Source: Methylotenera oryzisoli
GTDB taxonomy: Bacteria; Pseudomonadota; Gammaproteobacteria; Burkholderiales; Methylophilaceae
Assembly: GCA_945872425.1 (NCBI GenBank)
Contig: CAMBZE010000003.1
Coordinates: 938-64,937 of the forward strand
DNA length: 64,000 nucleotides
Direction of reading: 5' to 3'
Position 1 is the first letter of the stretch. Every line of letters starts with the position of its first letter. The notes under the pieces were generated by a model that made no database searches, was not told the origin of the DNA, and was given only the letters and a program-made list of their open reading frames with translations. Position numbers and translations under genes: made by a program. Of the stretch, positions 31,116 through 40,838 are shown in pieces.

Positions 31116-32213
31116 ATGACTATTTTAGCCCCGAAACACATCAGAGAAATTGCCCCCTATCAAGGTGGAAAACCCATCACTGAACTTGCCCGTGAAATGG
31201 GCCTGCGTATTGAAGATATTGTAAAGCTGGCCTCTAACGAAAATCCGCTTGGCATCAGCCCTAAAGCCGAGTACGCCATACAAGAAGCCTTGCTTGATAT
31301 TGCACGTTACCCGGATGGTAACAGCTTTGCGTTGCGCGATGCCGTGAGTAAAAAATTTGAGGTTGCACCTAATCAGATCGTGTTTGGTAACGGTTCAAAT
31401 GATATTTTAGAGCTGGCGGCTCGCGCTTACTTAACCAGTGATAGCGAAACTATCTATTCGCAACATGCTTTTGCCGTCTATCCTTTGGTCACGCAGGCGA
31501 CTGGGGCAACCGGCATTGTGGTACCCGCCAAGGATTTTGGGCATGACTTACCGGCAATGTTGGCTGCCGTGACCGCCAAAACACGCATTATCTTTGTGGC
31601 TAACCCCAATAACCCGACAGGAACATTGCTTGGTAAGGATGAGCTGTATGCCTTCTTGAAACAAGTGCCAAAACACGTGCTGGTTGTTCTTGATGAGGCC
31701 TATGATGAATATCTCCCCCCCGCATACAAATCAGTAGCGATTAGCTGGCTGAATGAATTTGATAATTTAATTATTTCACGCACTTTTTCCAAAGCGTATG
31801 GCTTGGCTGGTTTGCGCATCGGCTTTGGTTTGTGTCACGCTGCGATTGCCGACATGATGAATCGTGTGCGTCAACCATTTAACGTGAACAGCATCGCGCA
31901 AGCGGCGGCGGTTGCCTCACTGGCTGACGATGATTTTGTGGCACGCAGTTATGCCTTAAATCAGGCCGGGATGGCTCAATTGACACAAGGTTTAGAAAAA
32001 CTGGGCATAGAATATATCCCATCATTCGCCAACTTTATCAGTATAAAAGTTGGCGATGCCGCTGACTATAATCAAAAATTACTTAAAAATGGCGTGATTG
32101 TGCGACCGATTGCCAATTATGAAATGCCTGAATATTTGAGAGTGAGTATCGGATTATTTTCTGAAAATGCCAAATTTTTAGATGTGCTGGAAAAAATCAT
32201 AAAACAGTCGTGA
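31116..32213 (+). CDS. hisC: Histidinol-phosphate aminotransferase
   Basis: KLASNENPLG, NPNNPTG, LDEAY, RTFSKAYGLAGLRIG. Confidence 0.96.
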   Translation: MTILAPKHIREIAPYQGGKPITELAREMGLRIEDIVKLASNENPLGISPKAEYAIQEALLDIARYPDGNSFALRDAVSKKFEVAPNQIVFGNGSNDILELAARAYLTSDSETIYSQHAFAVYPLVTQATGATGIVVPAKDFGHDLPAMLAAVTAKTRIIFVANPNNPTGTLLGKDELYAFLKQVPKHVLVVLDEAYDEYLPPAYKSVAISWLNEFDNLIISRTFSKAYGLAGLRIGFGLCHAAIADMMNRVRQPFNVNSIAQAAAVASLADDDFVARSYALNQAGMAQLTQGLEKLGIEYIPSFANFISIKVGDAADYNQKLLKNGVIVRPIANYEMPEYLRVSIGLFSENAKFLDVLEKIIKQS

Positions 32214-32377
32214 GTTAGCTGCCTGTTAATGACTCATGATGTTTGCCTCATGAATTTACTTAGGTACTATTCGGTAAGTTTGCGGTGTTGTGGATGCCGA
32301 ATAGGGTGCAAAATGCTTCTCACGTTATGGCGATTTGCTTATAGCGAACAACAACAATTACTTAAAGGAACTTTACC

Positions 32378-32449
32378 ATGTGGACTAAACCAGCAGCGAC
32401 TGAAATGCGTTTTGGCTTTGAAGTAACAATGTACGTAATGAATAAATAA
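32378..32449 (+). CDS. pqqA: PQQ precursor peptide MWTKPAATEMRFGFEVTMYVMNK (missed by the ORF track)
   Basis: AAAGGA RBS, 23 aa, E-x-x-x-Y core (EVTMY), directly upstream of pqqB. Confidence 0.97.
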   Translation: MWTKPAATEMRFGFEVTMYVMNK

Positions 32450-32468
32450 TTAGCGATTTTGCTTAATT

Positions 32469-32499
32469 AAAAAAGGCTGCCGCAAGACAGCCTTTTTTT
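32469..32499 (+). terminator. Intrinsic terminator/hairpin between pqqA and pqqB
   Basis: aaaaaaggctg-ccgcaaga-cagcc followed by T7. Confidence 0.85.
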
Positions 32500-32563
32500 A
32501 TAAGAAACGGTTTCTAGGTTACGTAGTGTTAGTACAAATTATTTTATAGAATTGTAGAGTTTC

Positions 32564-33481
32564 ATGCATATACATGTATTAGGCGCCGGAGCCGGCGGTG
32601 GTTTTCCGCAGTGGAACTGTAATTGTTTTAACTGTGACGGCTTACGCAAAGGCACGATTAAAGCCACTAAGCGCACACAGTCATCCATTTGTGTCAGTAG
32701 TGATGGCATCAATTGGGTGTTATTTAACGCCTCACCGGATGTATTGCAGCAAATTCAGGATTTTGCACCATTGCAACCAGCGCGCGCCGTACGCGACACA
32801 GGTATTCAAGCTATTGTATTGATAGACGCGCAAATTGACCACACCACGGGTTTATATATGTTGCGTGAAGGCTCGGTTAAACGTGAAATCTACTGTACCG
32901 ATATGGTGTATGGCGATCTGACCTCAGGTAATCAGATATTGAATATCCTGGGCCACTATTGCGGCATCAACCATCACCAGGTGCCGATTGATGGCAAAAC
33001 CAGCTTCACTATGCCTAATGTGCCCAATCTCAAATTCACGACCGTGGCACTCAAGAGTGCCGCGCCACCATACTCACCACACCGTAATGACCCACAACCG
33101 GGCGACACGATTGGCGTGTTGATTGAAGAAATCAGCACCGGTAAAAAATGCTGGTATTCACCAGGCTTGGCAGAAATTGAGCCACACCTGCCAGAGTTGA
33201 TGAATCAGGCAGATTGCATCATGGTAGATGGTACGTTTTGGACCGATACCGAGATGATGGATTTAGGTTTGATGACCAAAACTGCACGCAGTATTGGTCA
33301 TAATCCCCAGTCTGGCAAAAATGGCATGATTGAAGATTTGGATAAATTTGGCGATGTACGTAAGGTGTTGATTCATATCAATAACACAAATCCTATTTTG
33401 CGTGAAGATTCTGCCGAACGTGCAATATTGAATGAACATAAGATTGAAGTGGCCTATGACGGCATGGACATTATTCTTTAA
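32564..33481 (+). CDS. pqqB: PQQ biosynthesis protein PqqB
   Basis: [43 protein letters not shown]. Confidence 0.98.
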   Translation: MHIHVLGAGAGGGFPQWNCNCFNCDGLRKGTIKATKRTQSSICVSSDGINWVLFNASPDVLQQIQDFAPLQPARAVRDTGIQAIVLIDAQIDHTTGLYMLREGSVKREIYCTDMVYGDLTSGNQILNILGHYCGINHHQVPIDGKTSFTMPNVPNLKFTTVALKSAAPPYSPHRNDPQPGDTIGVLIEEISTGKKCWYSPGLAEIEPHLPELMNQADCIMVDGTFWTDTEMMDLGLMTKTARSIGHNPQSGKNGMIEDLDKFGDVRKVLIHINNTNPILREDSAERAILNEHKIEVAYDGMDIIL

Positions 33482-33507
33482 AAACAGCTAATCAAACGGA
33501 GCAAAAA

Positions 33508-34278
33508 ATGAACGCAATCACAAACAATCAGCTACCTTGGACACGTGAAGAGTTTGAGGCAAAGTTACGTGAAAAAGGTAAGGGCTACCATATCCATCAT
33601 CCGATTCATGTGTTGATGTATGAAGGCAAACTTACACAACAGCAAATGCAGGCTTGGGTAGCCAATCGTTATTACTACCAGATTGCGATCCCAATGAAAG
33701 ATGCAGCAATTTTGTCTAATTGCCAAGATCGTGAAATTCGCCGTGGCTGGATTCAACGTATTTTTGATCATGATGGTAGCGGGCATATCGCAGAAGGCGG
33801 CGAGGGCGGCATTGAAGCGTGGATTCATCTAGGTGCTGCAGTGGGTTTGAGCCGTGAAGATATCATGTCACTTAAACTGGTTGCGCCAGGCACTACATTT
33901 GCCGTGGATGCTTATATCAATTTTGCAAAACAACGCCCTTGGCAAGAATCTGTATGTTCAAGCTTGACTGAACTATTTGCACCGCATATCCACCAGCAAC
34001 GTATTGATGCATGGCCTGAAATGTATCCTTGGATTAACGCAGAAGGGATGCAGTATTTCAAAAACCGCCTGACACAAGCGCGTCGTGACGTAGAACAAGG
34101 CTTGCATGTGACATTGGATTATTTTGGTCAAAGCCGCGCATTGCAAGAACGTGCATTGGAAATTTTGCAATTCAAGTTGAATGTATTATGGGTCATGGCC
34201 GATGCCATCATGTTGCAATGCACTGATATTAAAGTGGAAGGGCGCGATTACTTGCGTCAGCCAGTGTTTGAGGTTTAA
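33508..34278 (+). CDS. pqqC: PQQ synthase PqqC
   Basis: [39 protein letters not shown]. Confidence 0.98.
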   Translation: MNAITNNQLPWTREEFEAKLREKGKGYHIHHPIHVLMYEGKLTQQQMQAWVANRYYYQIAIPMKDAAILSNCQDREIRRGWIQRIFDHDGSGHIAEGGEGGIEAWIHLGAAVGLSREDIMSLKLVAPGTTFAVDAYINFAKQRPWQESVCSSLTELFAPHIHQQRIDAWPEMYPWINAEGMQYFKNRLTQARRDVEQGLHVTLDYFGQSRALQERALEILQFKLNVLWVMADAIMLQCTDIKVEGRDYLRQPVFEV

Positions 34279-34289
34279 TTAGATCCGCT

Positions 34290-34571
34290 ATGGAAAATCA
34301 AATACAACACACCGACATTTACGCACTTGCGCCACACCATCGCTTTCAGTGGGAAGAAGCACAGCAAAATTATGTGATACTTTTTCCTGAAGGCATGGTC
34401 AAACTGCACGGAGGGGCCGGTGAGATACTAAAGCGCCTGGATGGCAAGGTTACCGTTGGCGAGATTGCGGCTGATCTGAAAGCCACTTTCCCTGATGCCG
34501 TTGATATTGAAAGCGACATTATCGGTATGTTTGAACTAGCGGTAAGCAAGGCTTGGTTGCGCAAAGTTTAG
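34290..34571 (+). CDS. pqqD: PqqA-binding chaperone PqqD (RRE)
   Basis: FQWEEAQ..YVILFPEGMVKL.G.AGEIL. Confidence 0.96.
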   Translation: MENQIQHTDIYALAPHHRFQWEEAQQNYVILFPEGMVKLHGGAGEILKRLDGKVTVGEIAADLKATFPDAVDIESDIIGMFELAVSKAWLRKV

Positions 34572-34590
34572 TAAATTCAGGAGTAGTAAA

Positions 34591-35820
34591 ATGACACAAG
34601 CATCTTTAGGCGAGTCCGTGGCACAAAAGGCGATACATGCCGCTCAAAATAATGGTGTTTCATCCAGCTTCACCCGTACTCAGCCATTGTGGTTATTGGC
34701 TGAGGTGACTTACCGTTGCCCACTGCATTGTGCTTTTTGCTACAACCCGACTGATTACGACAAGCACACACAAAATGAGCTGACCACAGCGCAGTGGATA
34801 CAAGCTTTGCGTGACGCACGTAAATTGGGCGCAATTCAGTTGGGGATATCCGGTGGTGAGCCACTATTGCGTGATGATATTGAAGACATTGTGATTGAAG
34901 CCAAGAAACTCGGCTATTACAGCAATCTGATTACCTCTGGCGTAGGGTTGACTGAAAAACGTATTCAAGCATTCAAAGAGGGCGGTTTGGATCATATTCA
35001 GCTTTCCATGCACGACATTACGGAAGAGATTAACAACTTTATTACCCATACCAAGACGTTTGAACTGAAGAAAAAAGTTGCCGCCATGATTAAAGATCAT
35101 GGCTACCCCATGGTGCTGAATGTTGTTATTCATCGTTATAACATCGGCCACATGAAACAAATTCTTGAAATGGCCGAGGCGATTGGCGCTGATTATATCG
35201 AGTTAGCCAATACGCAATACTATGGTTGGTCGTTAGTGAATCGTAGCCAATTGATGCCGACTAAAGAGCAAGTGGATGAAGCTGAAGCGATCACCAATGA
35301 GTTTAGAGCAAAATCTGGTAGCAAGATGAAGATTTTCTTTGTGGTGCCAGATTATTTTTCAGATCGTCCTAAAAAATGCATGAACGGCTGGGGCGAAGTA
35401 TTCATGATTGTGACGGCAAATGGTGACGTGTTGCCGTGCCACTCAGCGCGCGTATTGCCGAATATGCAGTTTCCAAACGTAAAAGATACTGATCTGGGCT
35501 GGAGCTGGAAAGACTCTCCAGCCTTTAACCAATATCGTGGCGACAGCTGGATGAAAGAGCCATGCCGCAGCTGTGAGGAAAAAGAGAAAGACTTGGGCGG
35601 TTGCCGTTGCCAATCATTTTTGTTAACGGGTGATGCCGAAGCCGCTGACCCGGTATGTAGCAAATCACCACATCATCATTTGATACAAAAAGCGATTGCG
35701 GACTCTGAAAATCCAGCGTTAGCAGCGCAACCGATTGTGTTCAGAAATGATAAAAACTCTAAAAAAATTATTGCCGGTGAGTTTAAAGAGCTTGTTGCTG
35801 AGTTCCATGCTTTACCCTAA
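34591..35820 (+). CDS. pqqE: Radical SAM PqqA peptide cyclase PqqE
   Basis: LLAEVTYRCPLHCAFCYNP, SPASM domain CMNGWG...PCH, CRSC, GGCRCQ. Confidence 0.98.
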   Translation: MTQASLGESVAQKAIHAAQNNGVSSSFTRTQPLWLLAEVTYRCPLHCAFCYNPTDYDKHTQNELTTAQWIQALRDARKLGAIQLGISGGEPLLRDDIEDIVIEAKKLGYYSNLITSGVGLTEKRIQAFKEGGLDHIQLSMHDITEEINNFITHTKTFELKKKVAAMIKDHGYPMVLNVVIHRYNIGHMKQILEMAEAIGADYIELANTQYYGWSLVNRSQLMPTKEQVDEAEAITNEFRAKSGSKMKIFFVVPDYFSDRPKKCMNGWGEVFMIVTANGDVLPCHSARVLPNMQFPNVKDTDLGWSWKDSPAFNQYRGDSWMKEPCRSCEEKEKDLGGCRCQSFLLTGDAEAADPVCSKSPHHHLIQKAIADSENPALAAQPIVFRNDKNSKKIIAGEFKELVAEFHALP

Positions 35821-35838
35821 ATGTTTTAAGAATAAATC

Positions 35839-37029
35839 TTGAAACATCAGTCCTCTCCATTTTTACTGTCTGTTGTACTTGCAAGCTTGGCAGCATTGGC
35901 ACCTTTTGCTATTGATACCTATCTGCCCGCCTTTCCGACCCTGGAAAATGATTTGCAAGGATCATCGCTAGAGTTACAGCAAAGCCTGACTTTTTATCTA
36001 TTGCCGTATGCGTTAATGACGCTATGGCATGGCGCAATTTCAGATTCAATCGGGCGTATTACCACCATTAAATGGGGGTTGGGTGTTTTTGTACTCGCTT
36101 CTATCGGCTGTGCTTTTGCCCCCAACATTGAAACGTTGTGGTTTTTTCGTGCCTTACAAGGGTTATCCGGCGGGGCAGGTAATGTTGTGGCCCGTGCGAT
36201 GGTGCGCGATCTGTTCGAAGGCCCGCAAGCACAGCGTGTCATGGCAACGGTGCAGATGCTGTTTGGTATTGCGCCGGCGGTGGCACCTATCATCGGCGGA
36301 TTGCTGCTAGGTATTCACTGGCAGGCTATTTTTATCTTTTTGGCAATTTATGCCGCCCTGAGCCTGTGGGCGGCAATGCATTATTTGCCTGAAACGATGC
36401 CAAAGGAAAAACGTTTGCCACTTTCAGCCAAGCAAGTGATTAAAGACTACCGTATTATATTTGGCGATAAAGAATTCAATTACTTAGTGTTTGGATTAGG
36501 CGCTAATTTCGCCGGGTTTTTTCTGTATGTACTGGCCAGCCCGGTGTTTTTGGTGAAACATTTAGGGTTAACCGAACATCAGTTCGGTTGGATGTTTATT
36601 CCCACTGTGTGTGGCATGGTGTTCGGCTCTTACCTGGCTAAACATGCTGCGGGTAAGTATTCGCAGCGAAAAGTGGTGAAAGCTGCATACGCATGGATGG
36701 CTGCAATGGCCGGGTTGAATTTATTGATTTGTTTTATGCTGCCCACTAACGCAATGTATAACATTGTGCCGGTAGCGCTGTTTAATATCGGCATGGCGTT
36801 GGCGATGCCGATACTTTCTTTGGCGGCTTTAGAGCAGCATCCAAAAATCCGAGGCACTGCGGCCTCTGGGCAGGCTTTTATACAAATGCTGTTATCTACA
36901 GTATCTGCGGGGCTGATTGTGCCACTGGTGTGGTACGCACCATCAGGTCTGGCGTTGGCGATGGCGGGTTATTTAGTCTTTAGTTGGATAACGATCAGGC
37001 AGGCCAACATCTGGCGTAATTGTTTATAA
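35839..37029 (+). CDS. Bcr/CflA-family MFS efflux transporter
   Basis: IDTYLPAFP, GAISDSIGR, RALQG, RAMVRDLF, APAVAPIIGG; about 12 TM segments; TTG start 18 nt after pqqE. Confidence 0.9.
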   Translation: MKHQSSPFLLSVVLASLAALAPFAIDTYLPAFPTLENDLQGSSLELQQSLTFYLLPYALMTLWHGAISDSIGRITTIKWGLGVFVLASIGCAFAPNIETLWFFRALQGLSGGAGNVVARAMVRDLFEGPQAQRVMATVQMLFGIAPAVAPIIGGLLLGIHWQAIFIFLAIYAALSLWAAMHYLPETMPKEKRLPLSAKQVIKDYRIIFGDKEFNYLVFGLGANFAGFFLYVLASPVFLVKHLGLTEHQFGWMFIPTVCGMVFGSYLAKHAAGKYSQRKVVKAAYAWMAAMAGLNLLICFMLPTNAMYNIVPVALFNIGMALAMPILSLAALEQHPKIRGTAASGQAFIQMLLSTVSAGLIVPLVWYAPSGLALAMAGYLVFSWITIRQANIWRNCL

Positions 37030-37032
37030 AAT

Positions 37033-37060
37033 ACAAAAGGAGATTTGCGCCTCCTTTTGT
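37033..37060. terminator. Bidirectional terminator between the MFS gene and fdxA
   Basis: acaaaaggag-atttgcgc-ctccttttgt. Confidence 0.8.
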
Positions 37061-37084
37061 TGTATTTCTGATTAAATGATTCGT

Positions 37085-37408
37085 TTATTCAATCAGCAAA
37101 TCACGCTTACCTGGTACGCCATTCATGGCGTCAGCATCATCAAGTGCGGCTTTACGAGAGGTAATGACTGGCCACAATTCGGCTAAGCGCGCATTCAGTG
37201 CAATAAACTCTTGTTGATCAGCCGGTACATCATCCTCGGCAAAAATCGCTTCCGCAGGACATTCTGCAACGCATAAGGTGCAGTCAATACATTCATCCGG
37301 GTTAATTGCCAAAAAATTTGGGCCTTCTACAAAGCAATCCACTGGGCAAACATCTACACAATCTGTGAATTTGCATTGAATACAGTTTTCGGTAACCACA
37401 TAGGTCAT
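37085..37408 (-). CDS. fdxA: 7Fe ferredoxin (FdxA/FdI type)
   Basis: [26 protein letters not shown]...[17 protein letters not shown]. Confidence 0.96.
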   Translation of the reverse strand: MTYVVTENCIQCKFTDCVDVCPVDCFVEGPNFLAINPDECIDCTLCVAECPAEAIFAEDDVPADQQEFIALNARLAELWPVITSRKAALDDADAMNGVPGKRDLLIE

Positions 37409-37477
37409 TTCAAGTCCTTTACAGCTTTAATAGCTAAAGCGTTATTTTATAAGAAATTCTATTAATTTTCTTCTGTT

Positions 37478-37582
37478 ATTTCATTCAAAAAACCACAGTG
37501 GCGAGGCGCAAGAGCGCAGACAGTACAATTAAAGTACGTCAAGTGAATGCAACAATGCCAATGTGGAATTTTTGTGTGAAAT
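37478..37582. repeat. ~105-bp ERIC/MITE-like imperfect palindrome (family A)
   Basis: Arms atttcattcaaaaaaccacagtggc / gccaatgtggaatttttgtgtgaaat; core gcgcagacagtac-aattaaa-gtacgtcaagtga. Confidence 0.65.
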
Positions 37583-37584
37583 CA

Positions 37585-38895
37585 TTAAATAATCATCCCC
37601 GCGCCAACAGTATTATTGCTTGATTCATCAATCACAATGAAGGCCCCGGTAGAGCGATTGCTGGCATAACTATCAACCATCAGTGGTTGTGCGAGTTTGA
37701 AGCTGATACGCGCTATGTCATTCATTTTGAGGTCAGTCGTCGTTTGCTGTTCCAGCGTGTTGACATCAACCTTGTAGCTGATGCTGCCAATTTTAGCTTT
37801 TGATTCACGCGTTGTATGTCGCACAATGTAAGTGCGCGCAGTGGACATCGGTGTTTCTGATAACCAGCACACAAAGGCTTCGATTTGTTTCACAGGTTCG
37901 TTTGCTTCGCCTGTTTTGACAATCATGTCGCCACGTGAAGTGTCGATTTCATCTTCTAAAAGCAAGGTAATGCTTTGTTCAGTGGACGCAGATTGCAAAT
38001 TTTCTTCGCCTAATTGAATGGCTTTGACTTTAGATGTATAGCCGTTCGGTAGCACAGTCACTGCATCGCCAACGGCAATCTCACCTGATTCGATGCGACC
38101 CATGAAGCCACGGAAGTCGTGTAATTTTGGGTCATCTGAAGCATGTGGGCGGCAAACAAACTGTACTGGGAAGCGGAAGGCTTCGGATTGCTCTGTATGT
38201 GCGGCAGGCGCTTCTTCCAGCATTTCAAGCAGCGTTTCACCTTGATACCAAGGCATGTTGTCCAGACGGTCAACCAGCATGTCACCATTGAGTGCAGACA
38301 TTGGAATAAAGCGGATGTTATGACCAGCTTCATTGTTATCGTTACGTTGCAGGCCAATTTCTTTGGCAAAGGCTAGGTAATCTGCGCAAATCTTGTTGTA
38401 AATCGCTTGGTCATAGCTCACCAGATCCATTTTGTTAACGGCAACCACGATGTGCGGAATGCCTACCAGATGCGCCAAGTAGCTATGGCGACGCGTTTGG
38501 GTGAGCACACCTTTACGTGCATCAATCAAAATAATTGCGAGATTAGCAGTGGAAGCCGCAGTGACCATGTTGCGCGTATATTGCTCATGGCCTGGTGCAT
38601 CCGCAATAATATACTTGCGTGTACCGGTGCTGAAGTAGCGATAAGCGACGTCAATGGTAATGCCTTGCTCACGCTCAGCTTGTAAGCCGTCGGTGAGCAA
38701 TGATAAATCGACTGCTTCCATACCGCGTTTTTTAGACGTGTTTGAAATTTGCGTCAGTGTGTCTGCCAAAATTGTTTTGGTGTCAAATAGCAGGCGGCCA
38801 ATTAAAGTGCTTTTGCCGTCATCTACGCTACCGCAAGTCATGAAGCGCAAAAGGCTATCATTGTGGTTGGAGTCGTTGTGTTGTGTGTTTGTCAT
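37585..38895 (-). CDS. cysN: Sulfate adenylyltransferase subunit 1 (no fused APS kinase)
   Basis: TCGSVDDGKSTLIG, QGITIDVAYRYF, DAPGHEQYTRNM, NKMD; ends at TVGAGMII. Confidence 0.97.
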   Translation of the reverse strand: MTNTQHNDSNHNDSLLRFMTCGSVDDGKSTLIGRLLFDTKTILADTLTQISNTSKKRGMEAVDLSLLTDGLQAEREQGITIDVAYRYFSTGTRKYIIADAPGHEQYTRNMVTAASTANLAIILIDARKGVLTQTRRHSYLAHLVGIPHIVVAVNKMDLVSYDQAIYNKICADYLAFAKEIGLQRNDNNEAGHNIRFIPMSALNGDMLVDRLDNMPWYQGETLLEMLEEAPAAHTEQSEAFRFPVQFVCRPHASDDPKLHDFRGFMGRIESGEIAVGDAVTVLPNGYTSKVKAIQLGEENLQSASTEQSITLLLEDEIDTSRGDMIVKTGEANEPVKQIEAFVCWLSETPMSTARTYIVRHTTRESKAKIGSISYKVDVNTLEQQTTTDLKMNDIARISFKLAQPLMVDSYASNRSTGAFIVIDESSNNTVGAGMII

Positions 38896-38953
38896 AATTT
38901 TAGTGCCTTGTTTTTAGCCACTGATAGTGCGAGTAAATGCATTATTTATTATT

Positions 38954-39039
38954 CGTCATTCCCGCGTAACCGTAAAGGTCATCACCGCAGAATATGCCAG
39001 CTGAAGCTGGCTATTCATGCGCGATAGGCGGGAATGACG
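38954..39039. repeat. gtcattcccgc-type REP-like palindrome (family D)
   Basis: Perfect 12-bp arms cgtcattcccgc / gcgggaatgacg; inner hairpin gaata-t-gccagc-tgaa-gctggc-tattc. Confidence 0.75.
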
Positions 39040-39050
39040 GGCTTAGAAAA

Positions 39051-39998
39051 TTAAAAGTAACCCTCTTTTTTACGTTGCTCCATTGAAGCGTCCGAGGTTT
39101 GATCATCCAGACGTGTTGCGCCACGCTCGGTGATAGTGGTTGTTGCGGTTTCCAGCACGATTTTAGCAACATTACCTGCATCACTGATAACAGGTGCTGT
39201 GCAGGTGATGTCACCTACAGTTCTAAAGCGCACTTGCATGTTGATTACTTCTTCACCTACCTTCGGCGGATTGATAACGCCGCCGCTCACAAGCGGCACA
39301 TTCACCGGCACAATTGCGCCGCCACGCATGACGACATCGCGTTGATGTGCAAAATAGATGCTTGGCAGACCTAAGTTTTCGCGCTCAATGTATTGCCATA
39401 CGTCCATTTCTGTCCAATTGGAAATAGGGAAGGCGCGGATGTTTTCACCCTTATGTGAGCGAGCGTTATACAAGCTCCATAACTCAGGGCGTTGATTTTT
39501 AGGGTCCCATTGACCAAACTCGTCACGGAAACTCATGATGCGCTCTTTAGCGCGGGCTTTTTCTTCATCGCGACGTGCGCCGCCAATGCAGCAGTCAAAG
39601 CCAAATTCTTCAATGGCTTCCAGCAAAGTGACCGATTGATGTTTGTTGCGTGGCTCATCAGGTGTTTTCAACACGACGGTGCCGCGTTGCATGGAGTCCT
39701 CAACAGAACGTACAATCAGGCGCTCGCCCAGTTCTGCTGCACGCTGGTCGCGAAAATCAATCACTTCCTGGTAGTTGTGACCGGTGTCGATGTGCATGAG
39801 CGGGAAGGGGAAGCGACCCGGACGGAAAGCTTTTTCCGCCAAGCGCAAAATGCAGAGAGAATCTTTGCCGCCCGAGAATAGCAATACAGGGTTGCTACAT
39901 TGCCCCGCAACTTCGCGCAGAATGTAAATGGCTTCAGATTCCAGCCAGTCTAAGTGCGAGAGAGGTTTGGAAGGTTTGGGTTGTTTAATTGATGTCAT
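39051..39998 (-). CDS. cysD: Sulfate adenylyltransferase subunit 2
   Basis: LFSGGKDS, HIDTGHNY, GGARRDEEKARAKER, RFRTVGD, KKEGYF. Confidence 0.98.
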   Translation of the reverse strand: MTSIKQPKPSKPLSHLDWLESEAIYILREVAGQCSNPVLLFSGGKDSLCILRLAEKAFRPGRFPFPLMHIDTGHNYQEVIDFRDQRAAELGERLIVRSVEDSMQRGTVVLKTPDEPRNKHQSVTLLEAIEEFGFDCCIGGARRDEEKARAKERIMSFRDEFGQWDPKNQRPELWSLYNARSHKGENIRAFPISNWTEMDVWQYIERENLGLPSIYFAHQRDVVMRGGAIVPVNVPLVSGGVINPPKVGEEVINMQVRFRTVGDITCTAPVISDAGNVAKIVLETATTTITERGATRLDDQTSDASMEQRKKEGYF

Positions 39999-40018
39999 AT
40001 TGTGTATTTCAAAATCAA

Positions 40019-40048
40019 TTCAACTGCATTAGCGTAATTGCAGTTGAA
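40019..40048 (-). terminator. Hairpin between cysH and cysD (weak terminator or mRNA stabiliser)
   Basis: ttcaactgca-tta..taat-tgcagttgaa; followed by a U-rich run on the minus strand. Confidence 0.5.
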
Positions 40049-40058
40049 ATTTAAAAAA

Positions 40059-40838
40059 TTATTTCTTTACGTGTAACCCGCATTCTTTATTGTTTGGGTC
40101 TTCCCACCACCAGCGGCCTGCGCGTACGTCTTCTCCCGAGGTGATGGCGCGTGTACATGGCGCGCAGCCGATGCTAGGGTAAAACTGGTCATGTAGCTTA
40201 TTATAAGGCACTTCGTGTAAGCGAATGTATGCCCACACTTCCTGTTCAGTCCAATCGCTTAGTGGATTAAACTTTTCCAGCTTGTTGCCCGTATCAAATT
40301 CGCGGAATGGCAGATTCACGCGCGTGGTCGATTGTTCAGCGCGCATGCCGGTAACCCATGCTTTTTTGCCCTTGAGCGCACGTTGTAATGGCTCTACTTT
40401 ACGCATAAAACAGCAGGCTTTACGCAAATCTATGGATTCGTAAAACGCATTGATACCATTCGTTCTCACATAGGTTTCAACGGCCTCAGCTTGTGGAAAA
40501 AATATCTTGAGCTTGGTGTGATAGGTTTTCTCTGTTTGCGCAATCAAATCATAGGTTTCAATTGGCAGGCGACCGGTATCCAGCGAAAAAATCTCAATAG
40601 CAAGCTGATTGCGCTGAATGATGTCAGTTAGCACCATATCTTCCGCGCCAAAGCTATTGGCGAAGGTGATGTTGTTTGCGCCAAACTCACTGGCTGCGGC
40701 ACTGAGCAAGTTTAATGCTGCGCTTGTTTTGGTTTTAACACTAGCGACTAATTCATCGGTAAGAGCAGGCTTGGTTGCAGGGTTATTTGCACCTAGTTTC
40801 AGCATCACGATTTGACCTAAATCTGTATCTGCGGCCAT
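40059..40838 (-). CDS. cysH: APS reductase-type CysH (Fe-S)
   Basis: SFGAEDMV, LDTGRL, CC motif (KACCFMRKVEPL), SIGCAPCT, C-terminal ECGLH; start uncertain. Confidence 0.95.
   Translation of the reverse strand: MAADTDLGQIVMLKLGANNPATKPALTDELVASVKTKTSAALNLLSAAASEFGANNITFANSFGAEDMVLTDIIQRNQLAIEIFSLDTGRLPIETYDLIAQTEKTYHTKLKIFFPQAEAVETYVRTNGINAFYESIDLRKACCFMRKVEPLQRALKGKKAWVTGMRAEQSTTRVNLPFREFDTGNKLEKFNPLSDWTEQEVWAYIRLHEVPYNKLHDQFYPSIGCAPCTRAITSGEDVRAGRWWWEDPNNKECGLHVKK

Noticed and set aside
32229-32426. 65-aa ORF-track call upstream of pqqB
   Set aside because: It overlaps the true pqqA in another frame and has no recognisable features.
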